Shown here: positions 46,832-56,585 of the stretch, piece by piece
Layout of the letters: every line of letters starts with the position of its first letter
Position numbering within the stretch: the stretch's first letter is position 1
IMG/VR virus record: IMGVR_UViG_2894682665_000004
Coordinates: 309-64,308 of that record
DNA from: a virus
Taxonomy: Duplodnaviria; Caudoviricetes
Length of the DNA stretch: 64,000 nt
Strand: one strand, 5' to 3'
Position numbers and translations under genes: made by a program
The notes under the pieces: generated by a model
What the model was told of the DNA's origin: nothing
The model's database searches: none
What the model saw: the letters and a program-made list of their open reading frames with translations, nothing else

Positions 46832-48097
46832 TTAGGCTGCTGCGTGCTGCATGAATTTAACGGCGCTCGTATTCATCAGCCGGGCATCAGTGCGCATAAA
46901 GCCCACGTAAGCCGTCTGGTTGAATTCAGCGAAGCGCTCCGTTAACCGGATGATCAGTGGTTGCGCTACGTTCCGGATGACGTACTTGTTAAAATCGCCA
47001 AAGCCAACCGACTTCGCGCTCGCTCCGATATCCGCCAGGTCGTCGTTGATCACGTACTGGTAGCCCCAGATCGTGTCGGGTGCGCCCTTCTGTATATCGC
47101 CCAGCTGCCAGACGTAGCGGCCCTGGTTGTCCTTTAGTTTGCGAATAGCCGCTAGCGTCAGATCATTGAGCGTGTACTTACCGTTTTTGCGGTACGCCCG
47201 GTTTACCGAGTGCAGCAAATCGATCAAATTGTCAGCCGTGAGCGCGGTTGCCGCCACGTTCGTGTTGAACACGCCCGCGTTGATGATGACGCCTTCGGGT
47301 TTGTTGGTACCGTCGGCTTTGGTGTAGTGCTCATTCTGAATCCGGCCAAAGCGAATGCCCATGGCTTCGGTGATCAGCGCACCCAGATTGAACGCACTAT
47401 CTTGAATCAGAGCGTTATCTACTTTGATCACGTCCGAGGTGTAGGTGAATGCGCTCAGCGTTTTGTTACCAAAACCAAGGTCGGTCGAGCCCGTGGTCGC
47501 ATCGGTGCCGGAGGCCAGCAAACGACCTTTGGTCGCCGTGTCGTCCATGGTTGGCCAGTCGACCGTGGCGCCCGTACCTGTACCCCAAGTGCGGCCTAGT
47601 TCCAACATACCGCCGTAGGCTTTCAGCGCAATTTCGAGTTCGTTGGAAAACTCGCGGGGTACCGTGTAGCCGCCCGCTGCGCCCGATCCTGCACTCTGGG
47701 CCCGGGTTTCACCGCCATTGACGTCTACTGCTTTTTGAAAACCACCCAAGGCCCGCTTTTCGGCTTCGGTCAAGTCAGCAATACCATGACGCAGATACGC
47801 ATCAAACGCCTGCCGATGGGCCGTCTCCGCCGTTTTGTCGTCCGTTTTAGCGCGTTTTTCCTCTTCAGCCTTGTTAGCCGTTTCGGCTACTGAGCGCTGA
47901 TCAGCTTCTTCGCGCTGGTAGTGCGAAATTTGCCGGTCAATGTCGGCAATGTCCGAATCGTGTTTGTCGAACTGGCTGCGCTCCTCGGCCGAGAACGAGC
48001 GGCTATTCTCCGCGTCTGCCTTGTCGATGAGTGACCGTTGTTCCGCGACAATACGCCCTTTCTTTTCCTGAAGGGCTTTCAGTTTGTCTTTTGACAT
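46832..48097 (-). CDS. Major capsid protein, HK97 fold with delta domain
   Basis: Coiled-coil N-terminus, GGYTVP, GTIWGY-type segment, FGDFNKYVIR. Confidence 0.97.
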   Translation of the reverse strand: MSKDKLKALQEKKGRIVAEQRSLIDKADAENSRSFSAEERSQFDKHDSDIADIDRQISHYQREEADQRSVAETANKAEEEKRAKTDDKTAETAHRQAFDAYLRHGIADLTEAEKRALGGFQKAVDVNGGETRAQSAGSGAAGGYTVPREFSNELEIALKAYGGMLELGRTWGTGTGATVDWPTMDDTATKGRLLASGTDATTGSTDLGFGNKTLSAFTYTSDVIKVDNALIQDSAFNLGALITEAMGIRFGRIQNEHYTKADGTNKPEGVIINAGVFNTNVAATALTADNLIDLLHSVNRAYRKNGKYTLNDLTLAAIRKLKDNQGRYVWQLGDIQKGAPDTIWGYQYVINDDLADIGASAKSVGFGDFNKYVIRNVAQPLIIRLTERFAEFNQTAYVGFMRTDARLMNTSAVKFMQHAAA

Positions 48098-48099
48098 AG

Positions 48100-49092
48100 T
48101 TATAAAGAGTTACGATGGGCAGTATTTTTCGCTTTATACCAGTCCAAGGAATGCCCTTGTGTTTCCTCCGACTGGATGTTTTCAGACGACTCCGCGGAGC
48201 GCGTCTCTGGATTTTCGGTAGTGGGTTGCTGGGTCGCCGCTTCGCCGGCTGGCTTAGCGCTACGCTCGGCATCGACGGGCGTTTCGGGCGTTTCGACGAC
48301 AGCTTCCTGAAGCTCGGCGATCGTTTCTTCGATCCAGCTTTGCGAATAGATCAGATCGCTCAGCCGGCCCGCAGCCAGGCGCTTGACATTCTTGTCGGTC
48401 AGCTTGGGAATGCCCTGCGAGACGAAATCGATCTGGGTTTGCAACTGGGCAACCATGCCCGTCAGAAACGCCTGGTCATTGTCGTTAAGCTGTTTCTTTT
48501 CGCGCATATACAAGCCGCGTGTCGTGGCTTCTTCGGCAGAGATGCCCGCGTAGGAACGCGTCGAAGCCGCTACGCCAATGGTGGTTTGCAGATAAGCCGC
48601 CCGGGTCACCAGCGAAAGGTCCATCAGCTTGCTGATCTTCTCGACGTAGCGGTAGAGTACGTTATCCTTGGTTTCCCAGCGGTCCTTGGCCACAAAGAAC
48701 TTAAAGCTCATGCCCCGGATATCACCCCGGTTGACCCAGACCTCACAGTCGTTGCCAACGGTGTTCTCGGGCTTGAGAATCCGCACGTCCACGCCCGTTT
48801 CGGTGGTTTTAAAACTCAGCGTTCCCGAATAATTCGCGCCCAGCAGCCGGTTCTCGTCGTGATTGAACACGGCCAGCACCTCCGACAGATCGGTGTCATC
48901 GTCGATGGCACCCGGCTCGATGATTTCCTGAAATACGCCCCGCTTCTGATCGTAGAGCGGCCGCGAGGGTTGATTGAAGACGATACCGGTACCGACAAAG
49001 AATTTGCCCCCACCTTCGGTAGCGGACCGCTCTTCGACGGTGATACTGGTTTTATAGAGCCGTTCTTCAACGGTGGCGACTAGCTCGTTCAT
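48100..49092 (-). CDS. Prohead protease (HK97/S78) with C-terminal extension
   Basis: FQEIIEPGA...LAVFNHD...GMSFKF...DLSLVTRAAY. Confidence 0.93.
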   Translation of the reverse strand: MNELVATVEERLYKTSITVEERSATEGGGKFFVGTGIVFNQPSRPLYDQKRGVFQEIIEPGAIDDDTDLSEVLAVFNHDENRLLGANYSGTLSFKTTETGVDVRILKPENTVGNDCEVWVNRGDIRGMSFKFFVAKDRWETKDNVLYRYVEKISKLMDLSLVTRAAYLQTTIGVAASTRSYAGISAEEATTRGLYMREKKQLNDNDQAFLTGMVAQLQTQIDFVSQGIPKLTDKNVKRLAAGRLSDLIYSQSWIEETIAELQEAVVETPETPVDAERSAKPAGEAATQQPTTENPETRSAESSENIQSEETQGHSLDWYKAKNTAHRNSL

Positions 49093-50450
49093 GCGTCAGT
49101 AGATGGTTTAGGGTCGGCGGGGTCGGGTTTACCGTCACCCACTTTGGGTTTTGCTTCACCCATATGCGAATCGGCGGTCACCTTTTGCATGTTCATCTGG
49201 GTGAAGGTGTCGTCCAGATTCGGTTTGCGGTTCATGTTGCTGCGCCGGCGGATCTCGTTCGGCGTAATGGAGGCCGTGTTGAAGAGCGCTTGGATCTTGG
49301 TGGCTTCGGCCGTGGAATCTCCCCGCAGCAGAAAATCAAAATCAAAGACAACCTCTTTGACTTCCTTATCGTCTTCGGCAATCAGCTTACTTTCGAATTC
49401 CTGCCGAACCTGCTCAGTCCAGGGCAAAATGGTGTCAGTAATAAACTCCTTGTTCTGGTGCTCGATGTTGTTATTCGTCGAGCGGTCGAGCTTGCCAATC
49501 TTGTGCTGGGGTACTCCGTACATCCGGGCGATATCTTCCACCTGGAAGTTGCGCGTCTCGATGAACTGGGCGTGGTTGGGCGGAATGGTGACCGGTTTAT
49601 AGGTCATGCCGTCTTCCAGAATCAGCGGCTTGTGGGCGTTGCTGAGGCCCGCCTGCCGCTCGGCAAACTGCTTGCGCAGCCGGTCGATCGCGCCCGAGTC
49701 TTTGAAGGTTTTTCCCGTCTCCAGCACGCCCATACCCCCCGCCCCCTGGCCGAAGAACTTGCCGCCGAACTCCTCGGCCGCCAGCGATAGCCCGATGCCG
49801 TTGGCAAACAGCTCGATGGGACTTTTGCCCTCGATGCCGTTGGTACCCGGGCACTTGAGGTGAATGATATCCCGCTTGTTGACAATCTCCCCGAACACGG
49901 TGTAGTACAGATAGCGCGTGCGGCCCATGTTGACGTAGATGGGCTGACACTCACCGGGCTCCAAAAAGCGCACGCCGATCGGCTTCATGTAGGTATCGCG
50001 CTCAATGAAGGCGTAGGAATTACCCCGGGCCAGGCACGTAGCTACCAGCATGTTCATAAAATTGAAGCGGTTCATCAGCTCGTCGAGCCCGTAGATGAAC
50101 AGCTGCTGCAAGGGATCTTTCTTGTCCAGATCCCGGCCGTACTCGGTTTCTTTGTAGACGCCGATGGGCAGCATGGCGATGGTCGACGCAATGCGGTTGA
50201 TACAGGCGTAGACCGCCGATACGCGCATGGCTGATTCGGGGGTGACCGCAACCCCGGCATGGGAAACGCTGGGCGCTCCGCCGTACACATCCGCCCAGGA
50301 AGTCATGGCGGACAGGGGAACGGCTGGGTTTTCGAGGGAGCGGGATTCCGAACCGGAACTCTCCCCAGTATACGCAACGGGCAAAGCAGGAGCATCGGAC
50401 GAACCGGCCCCTGTTAGTAAATTCCTCGCCCACGTTGCGAATCCCGCCAT
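49089..50450 (-). CDS. Portal protein, HK97 family
   Basis: VYACINRIASTIA...GNSY...GKSPI...DIARMYGVP...TPNEIR. Confidence 0.97.
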   Translation of the reverse strand: MAGFATWARNLLTGAGSSDAPALPVAYTGESSGSESRSLENPAVPLSAMTSWADVYGGAPSVSHAGVAVTPESAMRVSAVYACINRIASTIAMLPIGVYKETEYGRDLDKKDPLQQLFIYGLDELMNRFNFMNMLVATCLARGNSYAFIERDTYMKPIGVRFLEPGECQPIYVNMGRTRYLYYTVFGEIVNKRDIIHLKCPGTNGIEGKSPIELFANGIGLSLAAEEFGGKFFGQGAGGMGVLETGKTFKDSGAIDRLRKQFAERQAGLSNAHKPLILEDGMTYKPVTIPPNHAQFIETRNFQVEDIARMYGVPQHKIGKLDRSTNNNIEHQNKEFITDTILPWTEQVRQEFESKLIAEDDKEVKEVVFDFDFLLRGDSTAEATKIQALFNTASITPNEIRRRSNMNRKPNLDDTFTQMNMQKVTADSHMGEAKPKVGDGKPDPADPKPSTDA

Positions 50451-50494
50451 TCTGCCCTTTGAGAGACCCGAAATTGAGCGGTTTGCACCGGGAT

Positions 50495-50800
50495 TTATCT
50501 AGTGGATTGGCTAGATAACGCGAGTTTTATGACTTTTCCCCGGCTGAACTTGGAATAGCCGTCGAAAAAATCATCCCGATCGGCAAAACAGCGGCCGCGC
50601 TGGAGGTATTGCTCGTAGAGTGCCTCCGTTTGCTCGTAAGCCCTTGTTTTCAGGCCCCGTTTGGTGCGGGTGGTGCCCCAGATCAGGGCCAGTTGACCCT
50701 CGTAGACCCGGTAAAAACCGGCCCGCGTCTGGAAAAACAGGCAGAATTCGAGCGCTTTGCGGGCCGATTCGCACAGCGGCAGGGTTGGCAGCTCAGGCAT
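50495..50800 (-). CDS. Small helical protein before portal
   Basis: AYEQTEALYEQY...FADRDDF. Confidence 0.6.
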   Translation of the reverse strand: MPELPTLPLCESARKALEFCLFFQTRAGFYRVYEGQLALIWGTTRTKRGLKTRAYEQTEALYEQYLQRGRCFADRDDFFDGYSKFSRGKVIKLALSSQSTR

Positions 50801-51131
50801 GGCGCTGAGCGGTTACGATAGCCGAAATGGGCACATGCAATGTTTTCAGGCGCATTTCGGTGCCGATCACGGTCAATTTGCCCCGTTTGGTCGCCAGAAT
50901 GGCCGCTTCGCCCCGACTCTCCAGCACCAGGTAGGGGATGTTGTCGGTTTCCAGGCCAACGACCCGGCCTTCCAGCGTATAGGGAATGGATGCCACTTCG
51001 GGGCCAGACGGTGTATAGCGCTGGCGATCCCCATCGGGCAGGCCTTTGTAATAAATTGAGGTCGGCGCTGTGCGGCAGCGCAGGTCAACCTGCATCCCGG
51101 GGGTGAAGCGGGCCAGTTCGGAAAGAGTCAT
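50793..51131 (-). CDS. Hypothetical protein
   Basis: 112 aa coupled to next gene. Confidence 0.6.
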   Translation of the reverse strand: MTLSELARFTPGMQVDLRCRTAPTSIYYKGLPDGDRQRYTPSGPEVASIPYTLEGRVVGLETDNIPYLVLESRGEAAILATKRGKLTVIGTEMRLKTLHVPISAIVTAQRHA

Positions 51132-51198
51132 TCAAGTACAGTTACGGTTACGGCAGACTCTTTCGAGCTGATGTAAAAGTAGCCGACTTGTTTAGCGA

Positions 51199-51243
51199 AA
51201 TCGTCTCATTCTGCGCCGTTTTTGGTTGCAGAATGAGACGATT
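51199..51243. repeat. Perfect 16-bp inverted repeat, 13-nt spacer
   Basis: aatcgtctcattctgc / gcagaatgagacgatt. Confidence 0.8.
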
Positions 51244-51273
51244 ATCAACTGAAATTTTGTATATACCTACGAC

Positions 51274-51696
51274 TTACTTCTTCTCGAAGTCGCCGGGTAT
51301 CTCGGCGTTGGTTTTTAGTTGGGTCTGAATAAGCCGATGACTGTTCGGGGGCGAACTGGAGACTTTATCTTCGTAGGCAATAAAGAAAAAGACAGGGCTT
51401 TCCGTACTAAGGATCTGGTAGATTCCGGTAAAGTCTGCCAGGTCATAGTTGACCACCGCATTTCTGGGATCGAAGTTGAGTCCATCCACATTTTGGATGT
51501 ACCCCTTGTCTTTCGCGTCCGTGCCCTCAAAGATGAGTCGGGCGTTGTAGCGGATGCCGTGCTGAAGAGCCTTGCTGATCAGCTTGATTTCGTAGCGGGT
51601 ACTGATGTCCCGGTAGGCGGTGACGGTATAACTTTCAATTTCAACCTGTATAGAGGCCATGCACGTATGGATTAGATTTTGCCCGAAGTAAATCAT
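51274..51696 (-). CDS. Hypothetical moron between terminase and portal
   Basis: 140 aa (alt start 51660), lower GC than neighbours. Confidence 0.6.
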   Translation of the reverse strand: MIYFGQNLIHTCMASIQVEIESYTVTAYRDISTRYEIKLISKALQHGIRYNARLIFEGTDAKDKGYIQNVDGLNFDPRNAVVNYDLADFTGIYQILSTESPVFFFIAYEDKVSSSPPNSHRLIQTQLKTNAEIPGDFEKK

Positions 51697-51764
51697 AATC
51701 CAATAACACCGACGAATCTGTTTAGCAAGCGGTTATCCTGTTTTATGACCAGTAAGTCAAGCCC

Positions 51765-51998
51765 TTACCCACGCCGGTACAACACCCGCTTAAAGGTGGC
51801 CAGCGCAAACGGCAGCTGGTGCCGGTGCAGCTGCTCATAGTGCTCCTTCGCCCAGTCGAACCGCTCGCTAATGGTCCTCAGCCGGTGATTGCGCATGGCC
51901 GGCTCGTAGAATTGTTTCAGAAATTGTTCTTCCAGGGTAGGCAGTGGGTGCATAAAGTCCAGTAAGGGGTTATAATTCGATGAATCCGCGACTGTCAT
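51765..51998 (-). CDS. Small helical protein after terminase
   Basis: 77 aa overlapping terL stop. Confidence 0.5.
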   Translation of the reverse strand: MTVADSSNYNPLLDFMHPLPTLEEQFLKQFYEPAMRNHRLRTISERFDWAKEHYEQLHRHQLPFALATFKRVLYRRG

Positions 51999-53724
51999 AC
52001 ACGTTACCGCCCACCTCGTTGCGATCCATCATCCAGCCGGCCATGCTCATGATGCCCGACACGATGCCATCGACCTTATCAGGGGCCCGGCGGGGGTCTT
52101 TGGTGATCTTGATGTTGCCGTTGGTGTCGGTAATGGGAATGGCATTGCGCATCATCCACTGGGCAATGGGGTTCATGCCGTGGTTGAAGCGCTCCTGAAG
52201 CACCAGATCCCGAAACGCTTTGGTGGGCTCGGCGAACATGGGCATCGTCTGGGGAAATTCCAGCGCCGGCACGCCCCCTTTTTCCTGCACGGTCAGCGCC
52301 GTCGAGGTCGCATTGTAGCGATCGTACGTCATGCTCTGAATATCGTAGAGGGGCTTTAGGGGTAACACCATCTCTTCGATCTGGCGCGGATCGATCACGT
52401 TGCCGTCCAGCACGGTAATGAGCCCGTTTTTCTTCCAGTCCCGTAGATTGTGCAGCCCGTCGGATATCCGGTTGTCGAATTTGAAGCTCGGGATCCAGAA
52501 CCACCACAGTATGTGGTGAATGCCGGGTACTTTCAGGGGTGAGCGCAAATAGAGCAGCTTGTCTTTCTGCTCATCGGTCAGCTCCTCGTCGTACTCCCAC
52601 CAGTTCTCCGGCGGAAAATACAGCGAGTAGGCGCAAAAATCGTTGGTCGCTCCCATGTCCAGCCCCGCCCAGGCTTTACGGCCCTCCAGCATGGCCGGAT
52701 CGAATTTGCTACCCGACTTGATCCAGATCGAATCCGGAATAAACACCTGGGGCGCATCGCACCACCAGTTTAGATTCAGCGTCTTGAAACTGACGATACC
52801 CTCCTCCCCTTTCAAATACTGCGCGTCGCGTTCCTCGACGAGCGTTTCGAGGTTAATGATACCGCCTTTACAAAGCATCGGGTTGGATTTGATCCACGTA
52901 TCGGGCCGCTCGATCTCGTCTTCCGAGTCCTGGGAGTAGATGACCACGAAGAACGAATCGTTGTGTACCGACCCATTCAGGATAGGCATGTACACTTTGA
53001 ACTCGGCCTGAAAGCAGGGCCATTCTTTGTGGCTGCCCCGGGTAGTGACAATGCTCATGATGGGCTCATCTTTTTTGATCAGACCCGAGGTGAGCTTGTT
53101 GAGCATTTTGTCGTCTTCGAACTCGTGGTACTCGTCGATCACTGCATAACTCGGTCGGGTACCATCAGCCGTTTTGGGGTTTGACGTTAAAAACCCAAAC
53201 TTGGCGTTACTCGACGGGTTGAAAATGCGCTCAGCGGATGCCTTCAAATAATCCTGCAATTCAGGTGATGAGTTGAGCATCAGTACCGCATCATCGAAAG
53301 CAATTTTGGCCTGCGCTTCCTTGGTAGCCGATACGTAGGCCTCGGCGTTGGTTAGTCCTTCGACCGTCAAGTGATAGAGGATCTGGAGCGATTCGATCGG
53401 GGTTTTCCCGCTACCTCGGGCGCAACTCTTATACTTCCGGCGAAACCGTCGAAACCCGTTTTCCCGCTTCCAGCCGTAGAACACATATAACTCCCACACC
53501 TGAAAGGGGAACAGATGCAGCGGCTTTTCGGGGCCGATGTTGACGCAATCGGCAAAGTCGAGCATTTTCTGGCCCGCGTCATGATCGAAATACAGTCCCC
53601 GTTTGTGGCCGTTCTTCAGATCATCCCGCTGGCGTTTGACGGCCTTGATCAGTAGATCACCTGCCAGCAGCCGGCCGGAAAGAATGTCTTCTTCGTACTG
53701 GTACGCAATCTCGTTGTACTCCAC
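51970..53724 (-). CDS. terL: Terminase large subunit (Terminase_1 type)
   Basis: Walker A ARGSGKT, Walker B VIDEYH, GLDMG nuclease Asp, KVDGIVS. Confidence 0.97.
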   Translation of the reverse strand: MEYNEIAYQYEEDILSGRLLAGDLLIKAVKRQRDDLKNGHKRGLYFDHDAGQKMLDFADCVNIGPEKPLHLFPFQVWELYVFYGWKRENGFRRFRRKYKSCARGSGKTPIESLQILYHLTVEGLTNAEAYVSATKEAQAKIAFDDAVLMLNSSPELQDYLKASAERIFNPSSNAKFGFLTSNPKTADGTRPSYAVIDEYHEFEDDKMLNKLTSGLIKKDEPIMSIVTTRGSHKEWPCFQAEFKVYMPILNGSVHNDSFFVVIYSQDSEDEIERPDTWIKSNPMLCKGGIINLETLVEERDAQYLKGEEGIVSFKTLNLNWWCDAPQVFIPDSIWIKSGSKFDPAMLEGRKAWAGLDMGATNDFCAYSLYFPPENWWEYDEELTDEQKDKLLYLRSPLKVPGIHHILWWFWIPSFKFDNRISDGLHNLRDWKKNGLITVLDGNVIDPRQIEEMVLPLKPLYDIQSMTYDRYNATSTALTVQEKGGVPALEFPQTMPMFAEPTKAFRDLVLQERFNHGMNPIAQWMMRNAIPITDTNGNIKITKDPRRAPDKVDGIVSGIMSMAGWMMDRNEVGGNVYDSRGFIEL

Positions 53725-53746
53725 GTTACGGTATAGAGGTAATCAG

Positions 53747-54241
53747 TTAGTTGCCACCCATTAATTTCCCCAGCTTCGATTTGGGCTTGGTATCCACGGC
53801 ACCCGCTCCCATGGTCAGCCGGGTGCGGGCCGCCGGGGTAAAGCCGAACTGGGTGGCCAGCTTCAGGGCTTCGTTGAGCGCATCCTTGCGAAGGCCGGTG
53901 AACGGATTCTTTTGCACCCGCACGACCAGCCCCTCTTTGCTTTTGATCGCAATCACGGCACCCTTCGCTTTCACCTGAGCGTCGTATTCCCAGTAATTGG
54001 ATACCTCATTACAGTAAGCCGCGATCAGGCTTAAATCCGTGCCGGCCAAATTGCCCGTATCGTGCAGCCAGCGGCAGACAACCCCCCACTCGCGAACGCC
54101 CCACTCGCCCAGCCCTTCGGGCGGATCAGGAATGTGGGCCAGCAAATCGGGTTGCACCTCGTTGGGCATAGCCCGGTCTGGCCGATAAGTACCTTCCAGC
54201 ACTTTAACGGCCGTAGGTTTGGCGGGTCGTCCGGGGCCCAT
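53747..54241 (-). CDS. terS: Terminase small subunit, P27 family
   Basis: GRPAKPTAVKVLEG...IAAYC...KNP...FGFTPAAR. Confidence 0.95.
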   Translation of the reverse strand: MGPGRPAKPTAVKVLEGTYRPDRAMPNEVQPDLLAHIPDPPEGLGEWGVREWGVVCRWLHDTGNLAGTDLSLIAAYCNEVSNYWEYDAQVKAKGAVIAIKSKEGLVVRVQKNPFTGLRKDALNEALKLATQFGFTPAARTRLTMGAGAVDTKPKSKLGKLMGGN

Positions 54242-54849
54242 CAGCTACGCTTTTTTAAGAATTCGTGCACGATGACCATCAGCGCTTCCCCGTCGGTCTC
54301 TTTTACCTGCTCCAACTCACGCTCCATTTTGGCCGTGGTCAATGCCCGTTTGAGTTCTGTCTGCTGGAAAGTGCTCAGCTGAAAGGTTATTTTATCACTT
54401 TCCCGCTCCACCTTTTCGCCGGCTTCCTCTTCTTGCTCATCCTCGAACACCGAAAAGCCCCACGAGTCCAGATCGATACCGTGCTCTGCGCCCAGTTCCG
54501 CAATCACCACCGAATCAAAGTCCAGATTAACTTGGCTGATCTTGTTGTCGGCCAGCGCCAGTTTGCGTCCCTGCTTGCTGTCGATATCCAGATCCGTACG
54601 CTGCACCACGATCAGTTTGGTACCGTCCGAGGGTACGATGATCACGTCGTTCATGCCGATCGCAGCAGCGGTTTCGAGGGTTTTATTGCCCGCGATCACG
54701 TTGCCGTGTTTGTCGGCCAGAATCGAGCGGCCAGCCCCCAGTTCACGCAGTGATTTCTCAAGCAGGTGCTGGCCGAATTCTTTACCTTTATTAGCGTTTT
54801 TCTGGTCCGGCGTCAAGTCTTTGATCGTTCCGGCTTTGAGATTGTTCAT
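54241..54849 (-). CDS. ParB-like N-terminal domain protein
   Basis: LTPDQKNANK...SLRELGAGRSIL...IAGNKT...LALADNK; no methyltransferase domain follows. Confidence 0.75.
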   Translation of the reverse strand: MNNLKAGTIKDLTPDQKNANKGKEFGQHLLEKSLRELGAGRSILADKHGNVIAGNKTLETAAAIGMNDVIIVPSDGTKLIVVQRTDLDIDSKQGRKLALADNKISQVNLDFDSVVIAELGAEHGIDLDSWGFSVFEDEQEEEAGEKVERESDKITFQLSTFQQTELKRALTTAKMERELEQVKETDGEALMVIVHEFLKKRS

Positions 54850-55030
54850 GGGGTCGTTACGGTGAATAAACGGCAATTAATTTTAGGTCGAAACGGCAGG
54901 TTACTCCCTATGGAAATCAGTGGCTTAACTAGTTGCAACAGGCCCCGAGTAAGTGTGAATATTGACGCGCGCTTTTTTTGGGGATAGCTACGGTCGCAAA
55001 GCCGGCTCGCTTTGAGGATTTAACCCACCC

Positions 55031-55324
55031 CTACCCCTTGCTGGCGTCGTCCGCTGTCTGGTGCTCCGGCGGCACTCTCGAAGCCTCTATAGCAGCATGT
55101 GCTTCGTCCTTCGAATCATACACATTCACCAGCATCGTTAGCCTAAGTCGGGTTGAAGCTTTACCCTGTGCGGCAGCAAGCGGCTGCTCAAGCGTAGCAT
55201 CAATGATACGTGGGACAACCTGCCCTTGCTGATCTAGTACAATGATGACTCCCTTCTGTAGATAGACACTGTAAGCTTGATTGAGATGGCGTGTCTTTAG
55301 GTGGCTTATGTCTTCGTTTTGCAT
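55031..55324 (-). CDS. Hypothetical protein
   Basis: 97-aa ORF in operon. Confidence 0.5.
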   Translation of the reverse strand: MQNEDISHLKTRHLNQAYSVYLQKGVIIVLDQQGQVVPRIIDATLEQPLAAAQGKASTRLRLTMLVNVYDSKDEAHAAIEASRVPPEHQTADDASKG

Positions 55325-55329
55325 AGTAA

Positions 55330-55872
55330 CTAAGTTTGGCTTCGTTTGCGTAGGCCATTGAAAGATCTCGACTTTTCGTACTGGACTGGGGCTTCAGTAA
55401 CGTAATCCCGTTCGGTCACCGCTTCCCTTTCTGAATTAGCTTCAACAGTTTCACCTATCTTCCGTTTACCACTTGCCACATCAGTTACTCGATCGATCGT
55501 TTCAATCGCTTCGTCAATACCAGCGAAGCCCGTCTTACCACGGGTAGGTTCTTTCACAGCCCCCTCCTGTTCAGCGGCTGGCTCGGCTTGCCACTTAATG
55601 GCTACTTCACCACCACCCAACACTTCCATTATAGGCTTGCTGCCAGCGGGCGGCTGGATAATACCGGTACGCTTATCAACGATGTCCAGATCAGCCGTTG
55701 AGGCTACAGCAAACCGGCCCGGATAGTCGATAACATCGTCAACTGTTTGCTTGATCAGGTATAAAACGCGCAACGCTGTTTCCGGATAGCCCTGATTCTT
55801 GTAGCGCAGATAGTCGTTGACCAGATCATGCAGCAGCGGCACTTCTTTGGGCATTGGGGGTGGGTTCATCAT
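55330..55872 (-). CDS. Hypothetical protein
   Basis: 180-aa ORF coupled to upstream gene. Confidence 0.6.
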   Translation of the reverse strand: MMNPPPMPKEVPLLHDLVNDYLRYKNQGYPETALRVLYLIKQTVDDVIDYPGRFAVASTADLDIVDKRTGIIQPPAGSKPIMEVLGGGEVAIKWQAEPAAEQEGAVKEPTRGKTGFAGIDEAIETIDRVTDVASGKRKIGETVEANSEREAVTERDYVTEAPVQYEKSRSFNGLRKRSQT

Positions 55873-56147
55873 CGGGGTAGCTCTTCGGTGAGTGAATCAA
55901 CGTGGTGCGTGGTGCTGCTCTTGCCTGACCGGGTGGTGTAGTCGTAGCTGACCTTGCCTTTGCAGGTCGTAAAGTACACATCCCGGCCACCATCGTTGAA
56001 CCGGTACACTTTGCAACCATCGACTTCTAAAAGCAACATGGTGAGCTGGCCGGGGTTGTTGGTGGTGACCACATCGATGGGCGTCATTTTGCTTTTGCAG
56101 CTGGCTGCGATAAGCACGAGAGCCAATAAGGTAAAGATGCGTTTCAT
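55869..56147 (-). CDS. DUF4884-like lipoprotein
   Basis: Lipobox IAASC; LEVDGCKVYRFNDGGRDVYFT. Confidence 0.8.
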   Translation of the reverse strand: MKRIFTLLALVLIAASCKSKMTPIDVVTTNNPGQLTMLLLEVDGCKVYRFNDGGRDVYFTTCKGKVSYDYTTRSGKSSTTHHVDSLTEELPR

Positions 56148-56174
56148 AAGGTACGGTTAGTGGTAAAGAACGGT

Positions 56175-56516
56175 TTACTGCGCTTTCGCCTGGTGGCGCT
56201 CCTTGGCCGACTTGGTCTGGTGACACTTTAGGCACAAACTGTTATAATTCTCGGGATCCCACGGCTCACCACCCTGATTGATGGATCTGATGTGGTCGGT
56301 GATGGTCGCCACGGTCAGTTTGCCGGCGGCTTCGCAGTGCACGCAGAAGGGGTGAGCCCGCAAATGATTCTTCGAGGTGCGTTTCCAGCGGGAGGAGCCG
56401 TAGATCTCCCGGTTTGGATTCTCCCGGCCCTGGTTAGCGGCAGCGGGCACTATTCCCCTGGAGGAGGGGCGTTTGACTTTAAAAACGGTGGGCATTGAAC
56501 CAATTGATAAGGGCAT
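56175..56516 (-). CDS. HNH endonuclease, packaging cofactor (HK97 gp74-like)
   Basis: YGSSRWKR...HPFCVHC...DHI...WDPENYNSLCLKCHQTKS upstream of terS. Confidence 0.92.
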   Translation of the reverse strand: MPLSIGSMPTVFKVKRPSSRGIVPAAANQGRENPNREIYGSSRWKRTSKNHLRAHPFCVHCEAAGKLTVATITDHIRSINQGGEPWDPENYNSLCLKCHQTKSAKERHQAKAQ

Positions 56517-56585
56517 CCAAAAATATAGAAAATATCTATAGGATAATAAATTAAATCAATTGTCTCGATAAGTAGTTGTACGGGG

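Noticed and set aside
48115-49083. 322-aa + strand ORF
   Set aside because: Antisense shadow of the prohead protease; no motifs
49144-50502. Multiple ORFs overlapping the portal
   Set aside because: Alternative-frame artefacts of high-GC coding sequence
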